Source of the DNA: Diplonema japonicum
Lineage: Eukaryota; Protista; Euglenozoa: Diplonemea
Reading direction: 5' to 3'
NCBI GenBank assembly: GCA_964019335.1
Contig: OZ025708.1
Coordinates: 62,001 to 126,000 of the forward strand
DNA length: 64,000 nt
The position numbers were made by a program, and so were the translations under genes. Under the pieces are notes generated by a model, which saw only the letters and a program-made list of their open reading frames with translations, was not told the DNA's origin and did not search any database. Positions 1-8,729 of this stretch are shown one piece after another (positions within the stretch are counted from its first letter, which is position 1; every line of letters begins with the position of its first letter).

Positions 1-72
1 TCTCTGATGCTCCCGACCCGGCAGTGGAACAGATATTATTATTATTATTATTATTATTATTTAAAAAAAAAA
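1..72 (+). mobile_element. 3' terminus of family D retroelement (GGCAGTGGAACAGAT-(TTA)n-poly(A) tail)
   Basis: Reverse complement of 49261-49319 apart from tail length; same tail type as families B and C. Confidence 0.8.
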
Positions 73-100
73 GAACATATTATCATCGCGAAAAAAGTAC

Positions 101-2953
101 ATGGGCAAGAAGAAAGACAAGCACAAGGAGAAGGCAAAGCCGGAAGGGAACGGGGCCAGCACGCAGCTGGCCCAGTCCAAGGCCAGGGAGGAGCGGCGGG
201 TGGAGAGGATGCTCCGCAGCGCGGGAGCAGCCGGGGAGCTGGGGCAGCTCCTGACGCCGGAGCACCGGGAGAAGATGACGGGGGTGGTCACCGTAATTGA
301 CCTCCTCACGCCCGACGCCGCCGCCGCTACAGCCGGCCCAGCGACACCTGTCGCCTCCACCCCGACCGGCTCCGTCAAAAGGCCGGTTTCGCCTGACGCC
401 AGCGTCGCCACCCCGACCTCCAGCAAGAAAGCTAGGAGGAAGGCCGCCAGAGCCGCGCGCGCTGACGCTGCCGCCGAAGCCGCACACATAGCTGACGCCA
501 CACACCCCCTCGAAGCCGCACGCACTGCGGCCGACGTCGAACTCGCGGGAATCGCTGCTGATTTGGAAGCCGACGTGGTAGCTGCAGAAATAGCAGCTAA
601 GATGAAGGCTGCGCAGGAGGTGGCTGATGCTGCGGTTGTCAAAATGGCAGCCGAGACGGAAGCTGCTCGCGTGGCTGGTGTGGAGGCTGCTCGCAGAGCA
701 GTCGAGGCTGAGGAGAAGGCTCTGCGCGAGCGGTCTACTGCACGACTTGCGGCAGAGGAGAAGGAGGCTGCGCGTGCTGCGGCCGAGATGAAAGCAGCCG
801 AGGAGAAGAAGGCTACAGCCGCAGCCGCTGCAGCCGAGAAGAAGAAAGCCGCAGCCGCCGCCGCCGCCGAGAAGAAAGCAGCAGCCGCCGCCGCCGCCGC
901 CGAGGAGAAGGCCGCCGCCGAGAAGAAAGCAGCAGCCGCCGCCGCCGCCGCCGAGAGGAAGGCCGCAGCCGACGCCGCCAGGAAGAAAGCTGCAGCCGCC
1001 GCCGCCGCCGCCGAGAAGGAGACCGCAGCCGCAGCCGCCGCCGCCGAGGAGAAGAAGAAGGTCGCAGCCACCGCCGCCGCCGAAAAGGAAGCCGCCGCAG
1101 CCGCTGCCAAAAAGGAGGAAGCTTTGAGGTTGGCGGCCGCCAAGAAGGCAGATGCCCAGAAGGTCGAGGACGAAGCAGTCGCGAACGCTTCCGCCAACGC
1201 GTCAACAGACCAAGGCACGCTCCTCCTCAGCTCAGACTCTGACACCAGCTCTGGCCCTGAGGAGATGGAGGACGACCCTGCCCCTGCCCCTTCCACAACC
1301 CCGCGATGGGACCTGGTGCCAGACACATGGGACGCCCCGATCTACACCAACGTGTCCCCCCCGACGGAAACATCCCGCGCTGTCATTGCGCTCGACGATC
1401 CCTCCGGAATGGGGGTCGTGTGCTCCGCGTTACCTACGGCATCCATCACCTTTGTCCTTATGACAGAGGTCCCCGGTGTCACCACCCCCAGCGAGATTGT
1501 CATGGTCTCTGGGTCGCGCGCAGTGAACAGGAGGGTCCACGTCTCCACGTTCGGGCTGGACCCCCCCACCTACACCCCGCCTTCCACCTTCAACAGCGGA
1601 TCGGAGGTCGTCTACGTCTGTGTCAGTGCAGACAGCCTGAAGGAGGCGAAGGCCAGGGTCCTGGAGCTCGCCAAGGCTCAGGGCGCGGTGATGGAGGATC
1701 GTGCGGTCTTCCGCCCAAGGAAGTTCGGTGAGGAGGAACCGCGGGCGAGGCACTGGACCCACGAGGTGGGACTGCGCCTGCAAGCAGCACACGTCCACGC
1801 CGTCCTGCGCCGGTCCGGGGACGGGTGCTTAATGCGGACGACGGAGAGACGCGGGGGGTACGCTTATGTACCCATCGTGGCGGAAGGGAGGGCGGATGCC
1901 TTTCGGATTGCGGGGACGCTGGGTGGGTTGTCTCTCGGGGTGGCGCACCGTAAGGGATGGACTGTGCGGTGCCTACCGGAGACGGAACAGCGGCTCCGGG
2001 AAACCCTCGCAAAACTGCGTACGAAGCGCAAGTTTTTGCTCACCGGGGCCCCGCCGTCCATCACCAGGGCGGCCTTCGACGAAGTGATGGACCACATCGG
2101 TTGGAAACCATCCTCCGTCCTGCGACGCACGCAGACGATGTTCCAGGGCACGAGGCAACTCGTGTTCTTCATCGTCGTCGACAGCCCGCCCCCGAAGTCC
2201 AGGACGTGGCTCCTTGGGGGGCGCCTTGTCTGTCTCCGTGATGCGGACGACCACCCGACCGTCAAGCCGCCCCCTCTCATCAACAGGACGACACCTGCAT
2301 CTGCACCTGCGCTTGCAACGTCCTCGACCCCGGCACCCACATCTTCTCATGTACCTGCACCTGCGCCTACTACACCTGTACCTGACCCGGCACCTGTATC
2401 GGCGTCGACACCCTCGGAGACTGGCCCTGCGGTGAAAGCAACTGGGCTTCCTCCCACCAGCCCGTGGGCGTCCATACCGAGCTCGGTGGCTCCCCCCCAG
2501 CTCGACACTGTGACGTCCCCTACACCGCCCCGCAACGTGTCTGCGGGAAACAAGGAGGGAGTCCCTTCCGGGTCGCCTGAGGTCGCCGCTCTCACTGAGC
2601 TCGTCGCCACGCTGAAGGAGTCGATCGTCGGGCTGCAGAGGACGATCGACTCTCAGCAGGAGATGATCTCCGATCTGCGGACGACGCTCCGCCTCCTCCT
2701 GCCGCAGGCGGCCACGCTGACGACGGGAACGGCAGTGCCGCGGGACCCTACACCGGGGGCGACGACGACACACGACAGTGTCTGGAAAGGGAAGGGGAAG
2801 GGGAAGAAGGGGGCTCCTCCTCTCGCTACGACCTCTGAGGCTGCGGTGACGAACCTGGGTACGAGGGGGCGGGCCAGGTCGTTCGCGGAGACCAAAGATC
2901 TCTTCACCAATGGGGTCAAGGGGCGCTCTGCCTCCATGGGTCCATCCAATTGA
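101..2953 (+). CDS. Family A ORF1 (950 aa): basic N-terminus, Ala/Glu/Lys helical repeat, central possibly RRM-like domains, Pro-rich linker, C-terminal coiled coil
   Basis: Long ORF directly upstream of ORF2, intact in three copies with only in-frame indels; domain identity is inferred. Confidence 0.85.
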   Translation: MGKKKDKHKEKAKPEGNGASTQLAQSKAREERRVERMLRSAGAAGELGQLLTPEHREKMTGVVTVIDLLTPDAAAATAGPATPVASTPTGSVKRPVSPDASVATPTSSKKARRKAARAARADAAAEAAHIADATHPLEAARTAADVELAGIAADLEADVVAAEIAAKMKAAQEVADAAVVKMAAETEAARVAGVEAARRAVEAEEKALRERSTARLAAEEKEAARAAAEMKAAEEKKATAAAAAAEKKKAAAAAAAEKKAAAAAAAAEEKAAAEKKAAAAAAAAERKAAADAARKKAAAAAAAAEKETAAAAAAAEEKKKVAATAAAEKEAAAAAAKKEEALRLAAAKKADAQKVEDEAVANASANASTDQGTLLLSSDSDTSSGPEEMEDDPAPAPSTTPRWDLVPDTWDAPIYTNVSPPTETSRAVIALDDPSGMGVVCSALPTASITFVLMTEVPGVTTPSEIVMVSGSRAVNRRVHVSTFGLDPPTYTPPSTFNSGSEVVYVCVSADSLKEAKARVLELAKAQGAVMEDRAVFRPRKFGEEEPRARHWTHEVGLRLQAAHVHAVLRRSGDGCLMRTTERRGGYAYVPIVAEGRADAFRIAGTLGGLSLGVAHRKGWTVRCLPETEQRLRETLAKLRTKRKFLLTGAPPSITRAAFDEVMDHIGWKPSSVLRRTQTMFQGTRQLVFFIVVDSPPPKSRTWLLGGRLVCLRDADDHPTVKPPPLINRTTPASAPALATSSTPAPTSSHVPAPAPTTPVPDPAPVSASTPSETGPAVKATGLPPTSPWASIPSSVAPPQLDTVTSPTPPRNVSAGNKEGVPSGSPEVAALTELVATLKESIVGLQRTIDSQQEMISDLRTTLRLLLPQAATLTTGTAVPRDPTPGATTTHDSVWKGKGKGKKGAPPLATTSEAAVTNLGTRGRARSFAETKDLFTNGVKGRSASMGPSN

Positions 2954-3094
2954 AGGGGCCCCGCAGAACAGGGGGAGCAGCAGATCTACGACCATGCTCC
3001 CTCTCCTAGTCTCCCTCGCATCCTCCCCAGGAGACTCCTACCTCTCTGTTTCTTCACCGACTTTTCTGCACTGATCCCCACCCTACTCGGGAGG

Positions 3095-6000
3095 ATGTCC
3101 GTCAGGGACCTGCTGGGGCTGCTTGGGCTGGTCGAAACAAACCCTGGCCCACCCAAGAAGCTGCCGCCCCCGTCGCCTAAGGGTCTCAAGGTTGTCTCGT
3201 GGAACTGCAACGGCCTCGTTGCGAAATGGACCGTCGTATCTCGCCATGCTGACTTCTTGTCGCTGGACATCATCATGATACAGGAGACGCACCTGAGGGA
3301 AGGGCACGACACGCCACACCTGCCTGGGTACAGGTCATACAGGAGGGATCGGTTGACACCGGTGACTGACGGCACTGCGACGAGGGGTGGTGGTATTGTC
3401 ACGTATGTCCGCGACGATCTTGCCTCGGAGGAGGTTCCGCACGTACTCCCGGCTGGGGACTGTGTCACTGAGAGACTGGATGTGAGGATCTCCTGCGAGA
3501 AGCGTGAGCCGATCACTCTCTCCAACGTTTACCTTACACCGGTAAGCGCGAGCAGAGGCACGAGGGACCCTGAGTACCTGCGGCCTGGCAGCCTTCCCAT
3601 GGGGAAGAACACAGTCATAGCGGGTGACTTCAATGCTCACCACAGCTCCTGGGACGCCACGGTGACGACGCCGAACGAGAGGGGGAACGTGGTCAGGGAC
3701 TGGCTGGACACCCACGGGTACTCCGTCTACAACGACCGCAACGAACCGACGAGGGACTCGTCACGACACGTTCTGGACCTGGTTGTGGGGCGCTGCGCGA
3801 AGCTTGAGCCGAAGACGCTGGGCACGTGGGGCTCCGATCATAGTCCCGTATCCTTTCACCTGCCTCTTGAGGACGTCTACCGTTCGGAGCGCCCCTTCCC
3901 CACCTGGAATTTCAAAAAAGCCAGATGGGATGACTACACTGCTGCTGTTGCCCGCCTGCTTGCTGGTGTTGACACGGCGGCTCCGATTGACTCTGTCACG
4001 AAGGGGTTTACACAAGCCCTTTTGACTGCGGCGAACGACCACATTCCCCTCTGTGGGATGCGACGTGGCCCGACCCCCTGGTGGACTGCTGAGCTCGAGG
4101 ACGCCTTCGAAGAGCGGAACACCCTGCGCGAACTCCTGCTTCAAGAGGCGGACGTGGTGGAGGAGTACAGGGCGAAGGTGAAGGAAGTCAACCGACTCCT
4201 TGACGAGACGAAGCGTGAGGCATGGGGAAGGATGGCGGCCGACCTCAGCCGGAGCAAGGACCTCGGGGCTGCGTTCAGAGCGGTGAAGAAGCTGGACGGC
4301 AGGCACCGAAAGACACACCTTCCTGTACTCGAGGGAAGATTTGTGTCGGACAAGGCGAAGGCCGACCGGCTGGGGGCGCACTTCGCTAAGCTCTACGGCA
4401 GGCGTGGTGACGGGAACTCGAAGGACGCCGCTCCTTCTGCAAGCAGACTCGGGTGTCAAGCGTTCACCGTGGACGACCTCACCCGCGGCCTGAGAAGGAT
4501 GAAGACGCGCAGCGCGGCCGGGGAAGACGGAATCTTCTCGGAGATGCTCCTACACCTGAACTCGGACTCCCTCGGTGTCCTCCTTCTACTCCTCAATCGC
4601 TCCTGGCTGATGGGTGTCGTCCCCGGTGCCTGGAAGAAGGGAGTGATCGTCCCGGTACCGAAACCTGGAAAAGATGCGACTCTCTTGGCTTCCTACCGGC
4701 CGATCTGCCTGACCAGCTGCCTCTGCAAGCTGCTGGAGAGGATGATCGAGGAGAGGCTCACGTTTCTTCTTGACGCGGACGGGACGGGAGTCGAGGGACT
4801 CCACGACAGCCAGGCTGGTTTCAGACGCGGCCGCTCCACGGAGGAGCAGGTGGCAACCCTCACTGAGTGCATGTCGAGGAACAAAGACGATCGACGTCTC
4901 TCGGCCGCTCTGCTGTTCGACTTCTCTTCTGCCTTCGACCTGGTGCCCCATGGTGCCCTGCTGGACAAGATGCGAGGGAAGGGTCTCCCCGAACCCTTCG
5001 TGGAGTGGACGCGGTCCTTTCTATGCGGCCGTACTGCTGCGGTCACGATTGGACGGTCGAGGGGGTCGACGACGAAGGTGCGACGGGGTGTCCCCCAGGG
5101 CTCTGTCTTGGGTCCCATCCTGTACACCATCTACGTCGACGAACTCGCCAGGAGACTGGAGGGACTGGCGGACGTCTCGGTGCTCTACGCCGACGACGTG
5201 GCGGTTGTGATCTCCTCTGGACAAGGGGACGTGGCTGGGCTGGAGCGGAAGGCGCAGGCAGTGGTGGATGCGGTTGAGGACTGGTGCAGGGAGCGTGACA
5301 TGCTGCTGAGCACGTCCAAGACGCAGGCAGTCTGCGTCCCCCCCCAGAAACGTCTCGGGGTCTACTTCACTTCGTCACGAGTCCCCCTTCAGCCAGGTGC
5401 CTTCCAGAACCCACTCTTCGGCCTGGGGGTGAACGCCGATGGCACGATCTCCGGGGACCAGGAGCTGGCGGGCCTTCAGGTTGTGGAGGCGGGTGGTGTG
5501 CGGATCCGCTGCGTGCGGGACATGCATGCAGCCGTGCGACGGCCCGACGTGGATTACGTTGCGGCCCGTCCCCAGCCTCGATCTGAACACGCGAGGTACC
5601 TTGGGGTTACGGTGGACTCTGGGCTCACGTTCGGTGAACACGCACAGGACATCCTACGGCGGGCCAGCAAAAGGCTGAGGGTGCTGAAGCTCTTGTCCGG
5701 CACGTCCTGGGGCAGCAAGAGGGACACTCTGCGGTCTCTCTACGTTACGTACATCCTCCCGCTGCTGCGCTACTGCATGGGGGTCTACTACAGCAGGCTC
5801 GATGATGTCGGGAGGAAGGACCTGGCTGGGCTTCACCAGGAGGCGGCGGTGCTGATCACGGGCTGCTGGAGTGGCTCCGGAGGGTACAAGCTCCTAGCTG
5901 AGGCAGGACTGCTTCCCCTCGAAAGAATGGCGGAGGGTGCTGCGGCGACGATGACGGCGAAGGCCTTCTGCTGGCAGTCTTCCCCGGTTCACAGGGAGAC

Positions 6001-7243
6001 GGTCAAGCTGAAGCAGGCGAACAGGCTGGGGTGTGGGTGGCTGCGCTCTGGCTACCAAGCACTGCGTCGATGCGGGTTGGAACCAAAGGTGCACTTCGAG
6101 TACCTGTCGGCTACGCCCCTGGCGGCCCCGTGGCAGACAGGCATGGTCGACTTCAGGACTGACCTCCCCGGCGGGGTCACGCGATCGTCGCCAGACGCGG
6201 ACAGGCGGAAGGCGGCCGAGGCTGCTCTTGCGGCTCTCCCCCCGGGCATCCATGCCTACACGGATGGCTCGGTTGTACAGGTCGGACAGAAGGCGAAAGG
6301 TGGCTCTGGGGTTTATCTGCAGCTGCCTCCCCCCCTGACCCCTGTGTCTGTGTGCCATGGCGTCAACGACTTCTGTTCATCTTTTCGGGCAGAGGGCATG
6401 GCTGTGAAAACGGCGCTGGATATGGTGGCTACCCTCCGAAAAACACACCCTTCGCTGGCGAAGTCCCCGCTGTCGATCTGCACCGACTCCCTCTCCCTCG
6501 TCGAGCAGCTGCGAGCTGGCCCAACGCGACAGAGGGAGAAGCTCGACCACCAGACGTGGAGCCGGCTGGTGTCCGCGGCGCGCACGCAGGGGACACCGGT
6601 GGTCCTCCAGTTTGTGCCCTCCCACTGTGGGGTGGACGGGAACGAGAAGGCTGACGCTCTGGCCGTGGAGGGAACGAAGCGGAAGCAGGACAGGCCCTCC
6701 CTTGACTACCGATCAGTGAGGGCCCTGGTGCGACGGTGGGTGGTGCGGAGGTCCGCGGAGCTCATAACATCCCTCGCCCACAACTACGCGGTGGCGACCG
6801 AGCTTCGGTCTGCGCACTTCCCCCTTGGCTTCCCCAGACAAGCTGAAACGGTCATCTCGCGGCTGCGGATTGGTCACTCGGCTCTCTTCTTCGGCTTCCT
6901 GCAGACTGCTGGCCCGAACAGGAAGCACAAGGGTGTGCTCCGGTGCCCAGCCTGCCACGCAGCACCGATGTCCAGGGAGCATGTTGTCGGTGGGTGCCCT
7001 GTGATCGGGAGGGGGGCGATCGACACTCCTGCTGGTACTCCCTCCCTAGCGTTCTCCCTGTCGAGACGCGTGACCCAGATCTACGACCTCATTGTTGAGT
7101 CTGGCCTGCTCGCCTGGTCACGCTCCGGACTGTTCACCTCGCCATCATCCCTGGCGTCTACAGACGTCACTGCACCTTCAAACGTGCCGCCCCCTCCTCC
7201 GGTCTCTCTTGACGCCGGTCCCGCGGCCCCCGTGCTGCGCTAA
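3095..7243 (+). CDS. Family A ORF2: 2A-like peptide, APE endonuclease, reverse transcriptase, RNase H, CCHC zinc knuckle
   Basis: VETNPGP; SWNCNG, IQETH, GDFNAHH, GSDH (APE); YRPICL, FDFSSAFD, GVPQGSVLGP, YADD, YLG (RT); YTDGS, TDS, VPSHCG..GNEKAD (RNase H); CPAC..H....C. Confidence 0.96.
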   Translation: MSVRDLLGLLGLVETNPGPPKKLPPPSPKGLKVVSWNCNGLVAKWTVVSRHADFLSLDIIMIQETHLREGHDTPHLPGYRSYRRDRLTPVTDGTATRGGGIVTYVRDDLASEEVPHVLPAGDCVTERLDVRISCEKREPITLSNVYLTPVSASRGTRDPEYLRPGSLPMGKNTVIAGDFNAHHSSWDATVTTPNERGNVVRDWLDTHGYSVYNDRNEPTRDSSRHVLDLVVGRCAKLEPKTLGTWGSDHSPVSFHLPLEDVYRSERPFPTWNFKKARWDDYTAAVARLLAGVDTAAPIDSVTKGFTQALLTAANDHIPLCGMRRGPTPWWTAELEDAFEERNTLRELLLQEADVVEEYRAKVKEVNRLLDETKREAWGRMAADLSRSKDLGAAFRAVKKLDGRHRKTHLPVLEGRFVSDKAKADRLGAHFAKLYGRRGDGNSKDAAPSASRLGCQAFTVDDLTRGLRRMKTRSAAGEDGIFSEMLLHLNSDSLGVLLLLLNRSWLMGVVPGAWKKGVIVPVPKPGKDATLLASYRPICLTSCLCKLLERMIEERLTFLLDADGTGVEGLHDSQAGFRRGRSTEEQVATLTECMSRNKDDRRLSAALLFDFSSAFDLVPHGALLDKMRGKGLPEPFVEWTRSFLCGRTAAVTIGRSRGSTTKVRRGVPQGSVLGPILYTIYVDELARRLEGLADVSVLYADDVAVVISSGQGDVAGLERKAQAVVDAVEDWCRERDMLLSTSKTQAVCVPPQKRLGVYFTSSRVPLQPGAFQNPLFGLGVNADGTISGDQELAGLQVVEAGGVRIRCVRDMHAAVRRPDVDYVAARPQPRSEHARYLGVTVDSGLTFGEHAQDILRRASKRLRVLKLLSGTSWGSKRDTLRSLYVTYILPLLRYCMGVYYSRLDDVGRKDLAGLHQEAAVLITGCWSGSGGYKLLAEAGLLPLERMAEGAAATMTAKAFCWQSSPVHRETVKLKQANRLGCGWLRSGYQALRRCGLEPKVHFEYLSATPLAAPWQTGMVDFRTDLPGGVTRSSPDADRRKAAEAALAALPPGIHAYTDGSVVQVGQKAKGGSGVYLQLPPPLTPVSVCHGVNDFCSSFRAEGMAVKTALDMVATLRKTHPSLAKSPLSICTDSLSLVEQLRAGPTRQREKLDHQTWSRLVSAARTQGTPVVLQFVPSHCGVDGNEKADALAVEGTKRKQDRPSLDYRSVRALVRRWVVRRSAELITSLAHNYAVATELRSAHFPLGFPRQAETVISRLRIGHSALFFGFLQTAGPNRKHKGVLRCPACHAAPMSREHVVGGCPVIGRGAIDTPAGTPSLAFSLSRRVTQIYDLIVESGLLAWSRSGLFTSPSSLASTDVTAPSNVPPPPPVSLDAGPAAPVLR

Positions 7244-7684
7244 GGGATCGCCCGCGTGTATGTAAAGTGAAATGTTGTGTTTTCCACTTTCCTTTCCCTT
7301 CCTTCACCTTCCTCTCACTGTTTCCCATTTCCCCTTTTTATTTTATTTTCACACTCACCAATGATTCGCTCAATAGGAGCAATACCTCCCTGGGGGGCTT
7401 TCCGCCGGAGGTTCCAGCCAAAGAAGGACATCCAGCTGGAAGGTAGGCCCCCGTTTTTCTCTCACTTGACTGAGGGAATAATGTAATTCAGCCCTCTTCG
7501 GCTGTCCCAAAGCAGAGCACGGGTTGGTGGGGGACCAGGGCTCCTCCTGCTTGCAGAAGCCTGGTCCATTGCCCTCCCTATTTCCCCATGGTTTCCCTTC
7601 ACCTTTTTTTTCCCTTTTCTCAGGTGTTGCTCTCCATGGCGGCCCTGCATTGGTATTTTGAAAAAAAAAAAAAAAAAAAATATC

Positions 7685-7756
7685 GGGTACGTAGCTCAGT
7701 GGTAGAGCGTTCGGCTGCAGTCCGATTGGTCCCTGGTTCGAACCCGGGCGTGCCCT
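7685..7756 (+). tRNA. tRNA-Cys(GCA)
   Basis: Acceptor GGGTACG/CGTGCCC, D arm TAGCTCAGTGGTAGAGC, anticodon loop CTGCAGT, TTCGAAC T loop, U discriminator. Confidence 0.95.
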
Positions 7757-7757
7757 G

Positions 7758-7765
7758 TTTTTTTT
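7758..7765 (+). terminator. Pol III oligo(T) terminator of tRNA-Cys
   Basis: T8 run immediately after the tRNA. Confidence 0.75.
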
Positions 7766-7901
7766 AGCTTCTTGGTACCAGGGCAATGTAGGCTGCTGGG
7801 CACCCATCAATTCCAGCACTTCTCTCTCTCTCTTAACACTTTACACTTTTTTTTTTTTTAACAACAGTGAGCACCCCCATGCACACTGAAATTTTATCGA
7901 G

Positions 7902-8491
7902 TTTTTTTTTTTTTTTTATTTTTTGGCAAATAACAATGGACCCACCCGTGCGAAACTAGGGGGAAGAAACTAAAGGGAGGAGGATATCGGGGTGCACGGC
8001 TGAGTGAACAAGGGACGGGAAAGGCTTTTTTTATTTACTTTCGTTCTTTCTCGTTCACTGGGAACCAAGGAGAGGTAGGGGGGGAAAAAGGTGAAAAGAA
8101 GTTCAAGAAAGTTGGGGGGGTGGGAGGGCTATCGAAACTTGAGAGGAAGAGATGGAGGAGGGAAAAAGAATTAATTAATTTTTTTTTTTTTTTTTTTTAA
8201 AACCTAGAACCCATATCAAACAATCTTTTTCATTTTCTTTCTTTTAAACTTTTAAACTAGGAAGATTAAAAATTTTAAGATAGAAAGAAAAATAAGAAAA
8301 AGAAAGAAACAACAATAAAAATAAAACACAATTTAAGACTAAAACTAAAATTAAAAATAAAAATAAAAATAAGCTCGATGATTTAAAGGAAGCCGGTTGG
8401 GGCACCCTTTGAATAAAATAAATAAAAATAAAAGTAAAAATAGAGAGGGAGAAGAGAAGCAGACAATCAATTGCTTTCTTCTTTTTTTTTT

Positions 8492-8525
<34 letters not shown>

Positions 8526-8684
8526 CCCTTCCCTAAAGAACGTTTTGACCAAAACATTGTTAAGGGAAACAAGGACTAAATAAAATAAAAATAAAAATAA
8601 AAATAAAATGCATGTATGGGGGAGCGCTTTAACGAAAGCATACTAACCCTGTTTCTCTCCCTCTCTTCTTTCTCTCTTTCTTTT

Positions 8685-8729
<45 letters not shown>

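Larger units (their letters stand above)
73..7680 (+). mobile_element. Family A non-LTR retrotransposon, near full-length copy A1 (Ingi/I-group-like, two ORFs)
   Basis: ORF1, APE-RT-RNase H ORF2, ~420-bp 3' UTR and poly(A) 7661-7680; near-identical copies at 28921-36577 and 36781-44369; 5' boundary approximate. Confidence 0.93.

Noticed and set aside
61-1326. Long antisense Ala/Phe/Ser ORFs (also 28850-30232, 43134-44663, 1973-2995, 12380-13045)
   Set aside because: Shadow frames of GC-rich, repetitive ORF1 coding sequence
7361-7400. SECIS element enabling Sec insertion at the ORF1 UGA
   Set aside because: ATGA-to-AA spacing is too short and ATGA is not conserved in A'
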